A stretch of 64,000 nucleotides of DNA from Eledone cirrhosa (GCA_964016885.1 OZ024743.1:60884001-60948000), one strand, 5' to 3'. Numbered from the stretch's first letter, positions 26,470 to 39,734 are shown. Notes: generated from the sequence alone by a model not told the origin. Made by a program: numbers and translations.

Positions 26470-26575
26470 ATAATTGTTTCTACTTTTGGCACAAGGCCAG
26501 CAATTATCCCAATGTATTACTGGTACTTTATTTTATCGACACCGTAAGGATGAAAGGCAAAGTTAACCTCGGCGT
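26470..26575 (-). mobile_element. SINE 3' half nested in the decayed Dong
   Basis: Reverse SINE core and tail. Confidence 0.85.
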
Positions 26576-28124
26576 AGTGTTCAACCAGTTGTCATTCACA
26601 TTGGCACATTCCCTTCTTATCCAAATATCATTGATTTGCTTTCGGCCGTATTCAGGCTTATAAAATTCTTGCTATCTCCTCCGATTTCATCAAATAATTT
26701 TCTTTGATTGCCTCAAACAATTTAATTTGTTTGTATTGTTTGATTCGTCCATGATACCTCTGCAATTTAGCATCAGTTGCCACGAGACGTTGTTTCAAAT
26801 CTACGTTTACTATATCCAGTCTCCTTTAGCTTAATTGGTAGCCACTCTCCAATTTTATATAATCCTTTCGTTCTGGACATCTCCATTTACCAAATCAGTC
26901 TTTGTCATCTTTTTTCTTTATTTTGAATCTGATTCTTTTTTGTGGTTCTTTATTTTCCGATGTCTTGTCCTTAACAGTCTTCTTATATCCTACTAATTCT
27001 GTTACTACATTTACAGCAGCCTGTAGACGTCTATTTATCTGTGTGATATTTAGTGTCTCAACTATTTCAATCACTGAATTGATCTTTCCAACAAGGGCTT
27101 CCACCTTATTTCTGTCGATGTGTCTTAAATTTAGGAACTGATCAATTTTTACTTATCCTTAAACCTACCTGTTGCACACTACTTTTCATACAATCCTCTG
27201 TCTCTTCCGACCATCAACATATCATATTCTATAATGTCTAGTTCATCCAAGCTGACTTATGCAGTTCATTGTTGTTCACTTTCCTCTGATTGATTGACAT
27301 TCTTTCCTAACCTCTGCACCTCTGAAGCCATAGAACCAAAGAAAATTATTCCAAATTAACTTTCCTTCTGATCAGGTCAATTTCCACTTCAGTTAACCAC
27401 TCATTTGTCTTAATTGCACTGTTCTGATCGATTAGCTGCTGTTCATTAAATGGAAATAATCCCTTTTCATTCCAATGTACTTTCATTCTTTTCGTGTATC
27501 CTCTCCTAGTATGTTAACATTTGATATAGCATTGCATCACTATTTTATTTGCCTCTTTCTCACGTTTTTCCTCCCCAGTGTCCTCCTCCTTTAGCAAGCA
27601 GTCTCTAGTTGACAATCGCGTCCACATTGTTGCACTCTGGGACACCTTCCGGGCGAAGTATCTTCACTTTTTGGTTCCATGCTACTAATGTTATTATTGT
27701 AAATTGTTCTGACATTTCACATATTAAGAACTTAACGTTTATAAGGATGCGCAACCACCAATGATTTTATCGGGACACCATCTATCAAAAGGTTATCAAA
27801 TGAGATTAAAAAGCCCATTCTTCCCATAATGCACTTGAAAGGTTGTCAGCCAAGAGACTAGGGAATCCCATCTACTCCGGTTTTGAAATCAGAGTGATCC
27901 TTCTCCTAGACATACTGCCAATATAGGCTAATGAGCTCTATCTACACGCTGACTCTCTTGAGTTTGTTCACCCTTTGGCGGGTTTTATTTTTCATTCCAC
28001 AAATTGTCCAAACACTAACCTTCTCACCAAGCAAGTCTGGTGACCCAACAATTTTGTATCAAGTTTTTATACTTGACAGAAAAATAGAAAAAATAGCCTG
28101 AAATAAGAAGTATTGTTTGAACAA

Positions 28125-28225
28125 TGGTTAACTTTGCCTTTCATCCTTACGGGGTTGGTAAAATAAAGTACCAGTAATGTACTGGGTAATTGCTGACCTT
28201 GTGCCTAAAGTAGAAACAATTATTT
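28125..28225 (+). mobile_element. SINE 3' half
   Basis: TTAACTTTGCCTTTCATCCTTACGGGG..AAGTACCAG. Confidence 0.85.
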
Positions 28226-28599
28226 CAACAATGAAAACACCGTTGTTGAAAGGTTACAGAACAAACGCTATTTCAACAGTGGACACACTGCAACTATATA
28301 CCCATTGTAAAAAGCTTCCAATTGCAATCTCCAAATTAAAACAAAACCACAAATAAAATCGAAAGGTTCTTTAACACCCGACAATCCCTTGATGCATCAA
28401 CATCATATACTGCACTGATATATAGACCTTATGCAGATGACTGTGATCTTGATAGCCACACGAAAGAAGACCTTCAACTTCTGATGGAGGGTTTCCCCGC
28501 AGCGTGTGAAGACTTTGAGCTAACAGCCAGCTTGAAAAAGACATTAGTGCTAAAAGTGCATAGACCCAGAGAGCTATATATTCACCATCCATATATGTC

Positions 28600-29510
28600 A
28601 AAGGGAAACTAGTTATGGTTTGTTTATCTGAGTAATAATGTCTCCAGAAGCAGCACTCCTTATGAGGAGGTAAGTTACCGGCGGCCTAAGGCTTTTGGTA
28701 AGCTGGTGCTTTTGGTAAGCTGGAGAAGCACCTGTGTTCACAGTTAGATATCAGTGTGTGCACGAAAATTGAAGCGCATCAAGAATATGTTCTTACAGCC
28801 TGTGGGCATATTCACCCCTCGAACGTTTCCCCCAAACATGCGTGCGCTGCTACCTCGAGATCTCATGGAGAACTCATACACTAGGTGCTGAATTGCAACA
28901 GCAGACCTGTCTATAAAGCATCGGGACTATGGTCATGAATCCACGTATCCAGTGGTCAAGTCACACAGTACGCCTAGAGGACAGCATACTCCACAAACAA
29001 GTACTGTATTGAGAGCTGTTGCAAGGAAAACGCCTGCATCGCAAGCCACACAAACGCTTTAAACACTGTCTGAAAGATGCACTGAAGAAGGTCAACATCA
29101 ACACGGAAACTTGGAAAAAATCTTGCAACAGACAGACTGCAGTGGCGAAATCTGATGCCGTTAAGGTATATGAAAAGGAGAGGAGGGAATATGCGGAAAT
29201 GAAGCAAACAGCTAAATATATAGAGGATGTTAGTCCACGCCCAGAATGGGGTTCGAAAATGACTCTTACCTGTGAGGGGTGCGGACGAGAATACATGTCA
29301 AAGGGTGGGCTACAAAGCCATAACAGACGTCATACTCATTTTGTTTGGCATACACCTTGCGTTTTAATGTGCCATCTGTACTAGTGCCACACTAGTGGTG
29401 GTCTAATAAGGCATCACAAAGCATGCCTCAACAATCTAACACAAGCAGGTGGGAAACATAACTTCAAAAGTTCCAGGAATGTCGGGACTACATCGATAAG
29501 TCTCATTATC
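28600..29510 (+). mobile_element. Decayed RTE (BovB-like) 3' fragment with C2H2 finger
   Basis: QVLY*ELLQGKRLHRKPHKRFKHCLKDALKKVNINTETW; CEGCGREYMSKGGLQSHNRRH. Confidence 0.75.
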
Positions 29511-30269
29511 AAACTATCCTGGACAACGATGATCCTATAAAAGATATTTACTGGTAAAAAAGGGAGGAGGTCGTTAAGTATTTACTGACTATACTGCTTT
29601 CTAGAAATCTCCCCAGAGAAGATTATGCCAGGTTTATAAATCTTTCCCTTCTCTATATTGGTGGGTGACAATCTCATGCTCTCCTTCTCGGTCTCAGGAG
29701 CTTGCCCCCAGGCTCGTTGGATAGCTAAGGCCAAAGATGTGATCAAGATAGTTCTGTTCAAAAACAACTTAAACTTATACCACGCGAGTCGAGAGATCTA
29801 GACAAAGTCGTTTCCGGTAATAAATTTCAATCATAAAAAGTGTTTCCGTCTTTAACAATAATTTGTGTATTTAGAACATATTCCTCCTGCTTATTTTCAT
29901 TTCATTTCCTTTTGTCGTATGGTTTCCTCATTGAACTCCAGTAAAGGGAACAGAAGGACAATATACCACAGACAAGGTTAAAAAGATTTGTTATAAATAA
30001 AATAAAAAGGCGAAAGTGTGCAATCTCTAAATATTATTCGACTGACCAATAATTCGGCATATTTCGTTATTTTATAAACTCGAACACGGGTGACAAGGGT
30101 TGACTGGCAAATACTTATATATATATGTGTGTGTGTAATATAAAGAGGAAAAAACACGATTTAATGAGCTCATTAAATTACGGGGATATACGGGAGCACT
30201 TTACTCCGTTGCTTTACTTGATATAGATATTTTTTTTTCTTTCATTCTTTCCTTTTTGCAGTTACGTCT

Positions 30270-30370
<101 letters not shown>

Positions 30371-30663
30371 CTTCTTCTATCTTCTCTCCTTTTTCTCTCT
30401 TCTTCTTTCTTCTCGTCTATCTATCTCTCTCTCTTCTATCTATCTACGATGGACACATGTGCTGAGCTCGCTCGGTAAGTTTCGTTTAAATTTATCTGGA
30501 AATTGTGAACTGTAAACTTTCATTTTCGTACCATTTTGTAGAGGGACTGCCAGGTCAAATTTTGATCTGGTTAGTCTCTCAAAATATTCTACGCCTTTAG
30601 GCGAAATAGTGTTGTAAACATTTTATCTTTCGAAAAATTTCGAAAAATCCTATTTTTATAAAA

Positions 30664-32508
30664 ATGGCTGAAGCATCTTCACCAACAGTCAAAGGAAGAA
30701 AAGGGAAGTCATACACACAGCTTCCCCCTGCCACTGTCACAGCAGCAGATGCCAAAGGCAGAGGTCAGCCAGAGGAAGAATTTTCTTCACCTGTTGACCG
30801 AAACTTGATGTAGCCAAAACTATACAAGAAACTGAAAACAACAACAACAACGACAACAATAGCAACAATAAAGACAACAAAAACAACAACAACACAAACG
30901 TCACAAGTATCCACAAACCAAACGAGAAAGACAACAACAACAAAGATGAAAACAACTCAAACGACGAGAAACAAAACAATACAAACACCAACAACGAAAA
31001 CAAAATATCTTTTGCACAAACGGCTAAATTATCAGTCACTTATGTGCTTGAAGATATTTCAAAAGCCAAAGAAATGCTGGAAAAAGCCAAAAAATATGTA
31101 TCTTTTGGCGAAAACGGTTCGTTTTCTATAAATTCACCTCCAGAACTAAAAAAACAGACGGAATTACGAACTGTCGTATTCCGTACAATTTTAAATAAAA
31201 CAAAAAAACCAGCGCAACCATCTCAAGCTGAAATTCAGTTAGTACTGAAAGAAGCGATGAAAGACATCACTTTCATACAGAAGGATAAACTCTATGGGAG
31301 TTTATCCATATTGATGAAAGACGAATTGGCGGCGAAAAAATACTCTGTGTCGCCAATTCGTTCCACACACTACACCTTCTTCCCCACCTACATGGGTAAA
31401 AAACCCCAGAGAATATGGATAACCACCATCACCCCAAACACAAACTACTGGTGGTTACTAACCGGATTCCTCAATTTAGACGAGGACAACCTCATTTCAA
31501 TAGGGAAGGCATCCGGCGACGCGTTCAGTGGAACGAGTATCGAAGTTCTGACACAAATAAGGCCAGAACGTATCGCCCAAATCCCTGAGCGCCTCAGGCT
31601 GGATGACCGTACCCACCTCAACATTATTGTGGAGGATAGGCCTCCCTTCTGTTACCTCTGTGGAAATAGAGGTCACCTGAGGGCTGCCAGTCCCCAGCTC
31701 ACACAGAAAAAAACACTGCTACCAACACCAACACCACCCCAACAACAACAAAAACAACCACAACAACAACAACACCAAAAACCAACAACACCACCACCAC
31801 CTCCACAACAACAACAACAAACACGTGAAAAAACAACACAGAATACTGTCCCACCCAACCCCTCCCCACCCAAAACAAATACAAAAACACACACACCGCA
31901 AACACTACCAGAAAACATACCCCTCCCACCCAACAAGGAAGACGAACCCCTTTCGTCGCAAGACGAAAAAGATCCCTTCCAAACAGTAAAAAGAAAGAAG
32001 AGGAGGCGCACCACAGACACACTTGTTAACTTTAACCCTCCCCAAGAGAACACAAACTATATACAAACCACCCCTCCCCGTCACACAACACTAACTGCTA
32101 CACAAAAAAAGACTTTACAATATACATACATGAACACAGACAACAAAGAACTACTGAAAACAATTTCATCAAGCCCTTCCGTCCAAACTGAAGGGCCTTA
32201 CTTTATAACTGCTGTGGGACTACCTCATTTAAAAATGATTAAAGTCCCAATGAACTTTTATAAAACACTGAAAATAAATTTCACGGAGGACGTGCCCCCC
32301 CCCCTCCCCCCTGCGCCAAACCAATCAACCGCGTCCTCCTAAAAAAGTTCACCCCCTACCCCACCCAGACACCCACTCAACCACAAACACCCCAACCCCA
32401 CAACACACTGATGCCCCTTCACTTCCACAAACCACCACCCCACCCAACAACCCATCCCCAACCAGCATGGAAATTGAGCGGCCCGCTTCCCGGGACGCAG
32501 AGAGGTAA
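30664..32508 (+). pseudogene. Tx1 ORF1 (zinc-knuckle RNA-binding protein), frameshifted near 30800 and ~32300
   Basis: ATG 30664; Asn-rich stretch then ISFAQTAK (ISFAGIAK in the intact copy); CYLCGNRGHLRAAS with the last Cys lost. Confidence 0.8.
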
Positions 32509-32532
32509 GTGCCTTTTCTCCTTACCACCAAC

Positions 32533-35500
32533 ATGGCTGTGCTAAGAGTAGGGTGTCTAAATGCGCGTGGCCTGGGCCCATCTTGGAAGCAAGCAATGCT
32601 TCTAAATGACCTCAGGTCACGATCTATAAATGTGATGGTTATCTGCGAGGCCCGGATCAGCAGCATGCGACAGCTAGCCCCCACCTTTGACGACTTTGAG
32701 ATGCACGCATCTCTCTGTCAGCCCAGAGGTGGGGGTGGGGTTGTCTTTCTGCTGCAAAAACATCTGGGTCTTGCCAGACAGATAGTTCACTTGGACCCAG
32801 GGGGTCGACTGGTGGTGCTGGACCTTGGCAGTGGTGAAGGTGGAGCCTTTAGGCTGGTATCCGCTTATGCCCCTTTTGGGACAGAGCGGCCCGACTTTTT
32901 CCAGCGTCTGGAGTCTTTTCTAGGGACGTCCCGTTTCCTGCTTTTAGTGGGGGACTGGAATTGTATCCTGGATGCACGTTGGGACTATGCAGGGGCATGT
33001 CCCGATAGAGAGGGGTGCAACAGCCTCAAGGGCTTATTCGGCCGATTTGACCTGGCCGATAGATTTCGACTAGATTTTCCAACGGTGCCAACCTGGTCTT
33101 GGTCAAATCGCAGCGGATCATCTAGGTCGTACCTAGATAGGTTTTTAGTTAGAAATAAGGACAGGGACTTTTTAAGTTATCCAGAAATGCTCATGGTTGG
33201 CTATTTAGACCACAAGTTGGTGACCTGCATGGTCAACCTTGAGAGAACGCATAGACAGGGCCCCGGTTACTGGAAGCTCAACTTGTCCTTGCCGGCAAGT
33301 AGAGCTTACAGGGATCGGAATAGTACGTTAGTTAAGGAACGGTTGACTGGAGCGATCGTCAACAGCAGGTGGTGGGTATCTCTAAAGAGAGAGGTTAGAA
33401 TAGTCTCGATAGAATTTAGTAAGGTTCTAGCTGCGGATAGGAATAGGAAGGAAAGGGAGCTAATAGCTAGAGTAGAAGAGGCAATTAGAAGCGGCGACGT
33501 GGCCAGAGTGCTAGCATCGAGAACGGCTTTGAGCCAGATTTTCGACGCGAAGCACGAAGGCTGCGTTGTCCGAAGTAAAATACGTGCTCTAGGGAACGAG
33601 GGGACCAAAGCTGTTAGCTGGGCCCGCGTGACAGAGGCCAACAGTGGAACTAAATCCACCATCCGGTCTTTGCGACACCAGGATGGACGGGCGATTCTTG
33701 AGCCTAAGCAGATTTGTGAGGCCTTTCAAAGGCACTTTGCCAGACTGTCCGGAAGGGGCGGGGAGCCGGTTGGGGATGTGGACTTCGGTCCATACCTCGA
33801 CGGCCTGCCGCGTCTCTTGGACAGGGAGGCAAAGTCCTGCGAGGAGCCAATTTCGGCCGCTGAGATAGAGGATGTGCTGAGCCAATGCGGCAAACGCAAA
33901 TCCCCGGGTCTCGATGGTCTTCCATACGAATTATATCTAGCTATGCCGGACTTGTTCCCCGATCTCCTCGAGGCGGTCTACTGCAACTGGCAACAGAACG
34001 GGAGAATTCCCTGTACTGTGACCAAGGGCGTAGTCACGCTAGTGAGGAAGGACGAGAACAAGGGGACGAAATAAGTAACTTCCGGCCCATAACTCTGCTA
34101 AATACAGAGTTACAGATTTTGGCCAAGGTGCTAGCAAAGAGGTTGGCGCTTGTCGTGGGCAACCTGGTGGGAGATGCGCAGACATGTGCTATCCCGTCCA
34201 GGTCCATCCATGACAACCTCCACCTCATGCGATACATCATAGAGAGGGTTGGGAACGAACCCGGCTTTGGTGGGGCTCTGATCAACTTGGATCAATATAA
34301 GGCGTTCGATAGGGTCGACCATAGTTACCTGGATGCGGTGCTAGCGGCGGCAGGCTTCGGACCCGTTTTCAGGGGCTAGATCACTGCTATGCACAGCAGC
34401 CGCATCTGCTCAAGGGTCAAGGTGAACGGCTACCTCTCGGAGCCGTTCAAAATCGCGCGGTCCATCCGACAAGGGTGCCCTCTCTCCTCCCTTCTGTATG
34501 TGTTGACTCTCGAGCCACTACTGCGGAAGCTGGAGTTGTCGGACCAGACCTCCAGGTGGAGAAGAACTGGGCGGAGGTTACGAACAGGGTGTTTGCACTG
34601 ACCCAGAAGTGGGCCAGTTGCAAACTATCCCTGAAAGGTCGGGCGGAGGTGGCGAACACCTATATAGCGTCCGTCATCTACTACCGCCTGACCGTAGTGC
34701 CTTGTCCAAGGAAAACCCTCGCCAAGATGGAGCGCGCGCTCTTCCAATTCCTTTGGAAGAGGCGGGCTCCCTTGGTGAGGAGATCCATCTGCTGTCAACA
34801 CCCTTCGAAAGGAGGGCAGGGGTGCCGTGGCTAATGATGCGTAAACACGCATTAAGGCTACAGCACCTCCACGTATTCCTCACCGGTCAACCGGTGTGGG
34901 CCTCGTTTGTGAGACGAACCTTTCCCAGACTCGTCTCACTCACCGAGCTGCAATCCTGGGTCAAGCAAAGACCGAGAAAACTGGGCGCCTGGCACACTGA
35001 GTGTGCCCAGGCGCTCACCGCCCTCTGGCAGGCGGATCCGGTTATCAGTGGAGACTCCACCGCAACATTCTATAGAGGGCTGGTACGCAGCAGGTACGAC
35101 GACGCCCTCGGAGAAGCCCTAGACATGGAGGAAGAGGAACTGGCCAGCCTGTTCAGTAGGACATTCAACCCGGGACCTATGGACAACTTCCAGAAGTCCC
35201 TGGCCTGGCAGTGCTAACGAGGGGCTCTACCCGTTCGAGAAAAGCTCTACAGACACGGGCGCCCGGGTAGGGACCCCGCCAAAAAGATCTGTCCCAGATG
35301 CGTGTGCGACGAGGAAACCGTTGCACACGCATTGGAACACTGCTCGGGCGTAGCCGATCTGTGGGGCTATGTCGAACAACTGCTGTCAAGGGTGGGACCG
35401 ATCCGGTTGACCACCGAGTCTATTGTAATGATCAAGCCACCTCCCCCCTTCAAAGATGAAGGAGAGGCGGTGTTTCTGTGTGTAATAGCCATGGTGAAAG

Positions 35501-35707
35501 AAGTTGTATGGTGGACGCGTCTCAAAGGACTGAGGTCAGGCACCTTTCTCTCTGGCCAACAACTGGTCCGTTTGTTCCGATATCATTTCGGAAGAAGGAT
35601 CAGGATGGAGAGAGAGGTGCTCCACCCCAGTCGTTTTTTATGAAAGGTGGGTGAAAGTGGCGAGAATGGCCCGTGTGAATGGGCCTTCTCTTTACATAAG
35701 CCTGTAG
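32533..35707 (+). pseudogene. Tx1 ORF2 (APE-RT-zinc finger) with stops, frameshifts and an internal deletion
   Basis: LNARGL, GDWN, YLDRF, DH; KSPGLDG, FRPITLLN, KAFDRV, RQGCPLS; the YADD segment is missing at ~34540. Confidence 0.92.
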
Positions 35708-36234
35708 GTGGAAAAGAGGAAGGAACGAGGGAGCACCCCCTCTCTGTGCTCCTGAGGAGAAGGGTTGCACACTTTTTTCGAGGGTGTGTGCGACCCCTCA
35801 AGGCGTCTCCTCTCTATTGAGGATTTTGTTATAAATTTTATTTTTTGTTATATTTTATTTTATTTTTATATTTTGTTATTGCCTCCTCCTTATTGAGGAT
35901 GCCTTTTTGTGTAAACTCCACCCATTGTACTTGTCCCACTTTTGATGCCCTGGTGGCAAATAAAAGAAACATATCTATCTCTCTCTCTTCCTTTTATTTC
36001 ATAACACAGTTAATTACGCATTTAAATATTTAAATATTTATGTACATGTGTTTATTTATTTATTTCTTCTTACATTCTCTCATATTCACCCTTCCTTATA
36101 CTTATATCTCGCTCCACATCCTCTTCTTTATCACATTTAAGTTTATCATATTATTTGTGTATATAAATATTGAGATTTGTTGTAATAAATCACTGCCAAA
36201 ACTGGAATTGAACCATCAAGACAGTTGACATATA

Positions 36235-36296
36235 TTTTATCTGATGAGGACGTACTGAAAAAACAGCACAGTACCTCCGAAATATATATAATAAAA
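36235..36296 (+). ncRNA. Type I hammerhead ribozyme in a PLE terminus (~36190-36425)
   Basis: TTTTAT-CTGATGA-GGACGTACTG..CAGTACCTCC-GAAA-TATATA-TA-ATAAAA. Confidence 0.85.
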
Positions 36297-36435
36297 CATA
36301 TTTTGCTATTTATTGATATTTTGAATAATATTAATAACTCCAGAAAACTTTACTGTAGAGTGCTTTTAATCTATTGTAAAACTATATTCATTGAGTAATC
36401 AATGAACCATATTAATCTTTGGTCATATATATATA

Positions 36436-36748
36436 TGTGTTTTTCACCGCTCCTATTAATGACGTATTATTCGTTTTTTCCCGTTCTTTGCCAGCGAACG
36501 TTTCCACGAACCAAAGTATCGTCTTCCTGTCTTCCTCCGGTTGCAACGTTTTTTGAAATATCCAGTTCTGCGTTTACAGATTGACTTTGTTAGTTTCAGA
36601 AGATCCCGTTAAGGGTGAAAGCAGCGATTCTTTGCTTACACTTTAATCTGTTATTTTAATAAATATTTGCTCTTCGGTTCTTATATATTTGATATATATT
36701 TTCCTTACCGAACCATCTTTGGATTTTAGTCTTCAAATTTATTATTAT

Positions 36749-36752
<4 letters not shown>
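36436..36752 (+). mobile_element. Third, short copy of the 15828-family PLE terminus with CAGAAGA hammerhead (36592-36642)
   Basis: Reverse complement of ~15828-16142; bounded by (TA)n. Confidence 0.9.
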
Positions 36753-36769
<17 letters not shown>

Positions 36770-36783
<14 letters not shown>

Positions 36784-36852
36784 TATAGTTGAAACAGTAA
36801 ACAACTGCCTCTTCGCTTCCACGTTGTTGTTCTTTTTTTGTTTACTGTTTCA

Positions 36853-36914
<62 letters not shown>

Positions 36915-37096
36915 CCAAAGATTAATATGGTTCATTGATTACTCAATGAATATAGTTTTACAATAGATTAAAAGCACTCTACAGTAAAGTTTTCTGGAGT
37001 TATTAATATTATTCAAAATATTAATAAATATCAAAATATGTTTTATTATATATATTTCGGAGGTACTCTGCTGTTTTTTCAGTACGTCCTCATCAG

Positions 37097-37158
<62 letters not shown>

Positions 37159-37227
37159 TATAGTTGAAACAGTAAACAACTGCCTCTTCGCTTCCACGTT
37201 GTTGGGTTTTTTTTGTTTACTGTTTCA

Positions 37228-37294
<67 letters not shown>

Positions 37295-37476
37295 CCAAAG
37301 ATTAATATGGTTCATTGATTACTCAATGAATATAGTTTTACAATAGATTAAAAGCATTCTACAGTAAAGTTTTCTGGAGTTATTAATATTATTCAAAATA
37401 TTAATAAATATCAAAATATGTTTTATTATACATATTTCGGAGGTACTCTGCTGTTTTTTCAGTACGTCCTCATCAG

Positions 37477-37480
<4 letters not shown>
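36770..37480 (-). repeat. 380-bp tandem duplication: mini-hairpin module + inverted PLE terminus with hammerheads (37041-37098, 37421-37478)
   Basis: 36775-37098 repeats at 37153-37478; 36911-37098 is the reverse complement of 36239-36426. Confidence 0.9.
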
Positions 37481-37545
<65 letters not shown>

Positions 37546-37580
37546 CTCTCTCTCTATATATATATATATATGTATGTATG

Positions 37581-37707
<127 letters not shown>

Positions 37708-37851
37708 GTTTGAATTTGCCACAGACGTAGAGGCAGTGATTTTCTCAATGGCTAGGAATTCAGTCCACGCTTTGCTATTTCCTATCCATTGAATTATTTT
37801 TTAATAAGTTTCCAGCGTCCTCGCTTTGCCTGGTAACTTGGATGAAAATAG

Positions 37852-37934
37852 ACTTCCCTGACGACGGAATGCTTTTCTGTATCCCTCTTCGGAAAATATA
37901 TTTACTCCATTCCAGAAACTAATTAGTTGGAAGT
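37852..37934 (+). ncRNA. Type I hammerhead ribozyme
   Basis: ACTTCC-CTGACGA-CGGAATG..CATTCCA-GAAA-CTAATTAG-TT-GGAAGT. Confidence 0.85.
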
Positions 37935-38252
37935 GATATTTTAGTAAGTAAGTTAATTTTATAATTTTCTTATTTTACGTTTCTCATATTATTGTTCTGC
38001 AACCCCATGCATTGAACCACAATGTTACTAAGACAAAACCTATATATCTGCTAGCATTGATATGCATCTGTATGTATATAAATTCTTTATTATTATCTCC
38101 AAATTATTTGTCGAGCAATATTGGCCATGACTGCTGCTATGGTAGTAGGTAGGCCGCCGTCTTATTAGCAAACCACTTTCCACTGATTGACCTCGATGTC
38201 ACGTGATTGATTCTTTTTGAATCGCTTTGCCTGGTAACTTGGATGAAAATAG

Positions 38253-38334
38253 ACTTCCCTGGCGACGGAATGCTTTTATATATCTTCTTCGGAAAATATA
38301 TTTACCCCATTCCAGAAACTAATTAGTTGGAAGT
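38253..38334 (+). ncRNA. Type I hammerhead, second copy with core mutation CTGGCGA
   Basis: Same stems as 37852-37934, A6G. Confidence 0.7.
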
Positions 38335-39252
38335 GATATTTTAGTAAGTAAGTTAATTTTATAATTTTCTTATTTTACGTTTCTCATATATATATATATA
38401 TATATATACCAACTCATAATAATATAAAATTAAATCAAATTATTTAGAACTACAAGTGAAGTCATTCTTTCCCTTTTTTTCATATATATAATACAAAAAT
38501 ATAATTTCAGCGAGATCGTATTTCGGCGGTGGCCAAAACAATCTTCGAGATACGCAATCTTCGAGATACGCCGGCAAGCGCTCAATGGACTAAGAAGAAA
38601 CCAGAGCTATACATACATGGTTGTTGAATTTCCGGTATCAGCTCTTTGTAGGCAGTTTTTATTTTGTAGAGAGGATGTGCATGTACAAAAAGGATAAGGC
38701 AACTTACCGGTTGGGTTGTGCTCGATGTAGTCAATTGGACCGTTTACCACTAATAACTATTTGATATCAGTTGTGTTACCATGTAAGATAAATCAATCCA
38801 ATATGAGTAATCCACCTGGTTTTAATTGCAGTTTAATAGAAAGACAAATTACATTTGTTGATATTTTGTGATTCATTTATGGAATGCGGGCAGACGTGTA
38901 ATCGGCCTATGGAATATATATTATTTCTCGCTGCTCGATAATATTCAACGTATCGCTTCAGAGAAATTACAGGAAATAAAAATAATGTGCAATCGTAGAT
39001 TTCGTAGGGTGGTTAGGTACCGCATTGACACGCTTCTAAGACTTCCCAGTATTCAATAAATGAATCATTGAGTATCAGAAAATGTGCCATGTTTCTCTGT
39101 TGTACTAAATATATATATATATATATATTATTGCAGAAGAATGTTGTTTATACGTTGTAACTTGAGGGTAAGCCGGTCCTAGCGATCCAAAAGAATCACT
39201 TCGTCAGTAGTTTATCCTAGGTAGGTGTTGATTATGAATGACGGAGTATTCG

Positions 39253-39559
39253 TTTATCAAATATTAGTAGTTTAGACGGGATTCATTCACTATAATTGTT
39301 TATTGAATGATATATATTTGTGTTACATGGTTTTTCATGTGACTTCATCTGCTAGAACCTAACAAACAAGAGATTCATATGCCGACCTACATCACTACCG
39401 GATGGTTATACATGGCCACCGGCATATACCAATGATTGCATAACTGTACCTATGATTGCGTTAGAATCTGAAGAAAGTCACATGAATAACCATGTAACAA
39501 AAATATATATCATGCATAAACTATTACGGTGAATTAATCCCATCTTAACTACTATTATT

Positions 39560-39565
<6 letters not shown>
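39253..39565. repeat. Diverged inverted repeat with decayed hammerhead (~39465-39515)
   Basis: 39253-39350 vs 39468-39565; GAAT-CTGAAGA-AAGTCACATG..CATGTAAC-AAAAA-TATATA-TC. Confidence 0.6.
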
Positions 39566-39598
<33 letters not shown>

Positions 39599-39734
39599 TA
39601 AATGAAAATGGCAAGGAAAAAATAAAGGAATTCATGACATTTATAAGGAAAAGCCGAAATGTATGCTAGTTTTCATTTTTTTTTTTTCTCATGCGAGAAG
39701 AAATTTGTTCCCAACTAAAGACGTCCATTGAGTG

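Larger units (their letters stand above)
25410..27700 (-). mobile_element. Heavily decayed R4/Dong-type RLE retrotransposon interrupted by younger inserts
   Basis: GNVKIRREILRYDSMSPLIF..LNRLLFLEDMK aligns to the 55415 ORF; N-terminal NKIVMQCY..RRGYTKRM..NEQQLIDQ..IKTNEWL at ~27400-27550. Confidence 0.75.
30437..35971 (+). mobile_element. Full-length decayed Tx1-clade (L1 group) LINE with 19-bp TSD
   Basis: ORF1+ORF2 remnants, AATAAA at ~35959, identical TATCTATCTCTCTCTCTTC at 30418-30436 and 35972-35990. Confidence 0.9.
37821..38387 (+). mobile_element. Retrozyme-like / mini-PLE: ~167-bp direct repeats 400 bp apart, each with a hammerhead
   Basis: 37821-37988 and 38222-38387 are near-identical; no ORF; 3' end runs into (TA)n. 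Confidence 0.75.

Noticed and set aside
29582-29767. Possible host exon with signal-peptide-like start
   Set aside because: Short, weak splice sites, no recognisable homology.
39168-39212. Minus-strand CTGACGA plus hairpin
   Set aside because: GAAA and stem I are missing; at best a decayed HHR.
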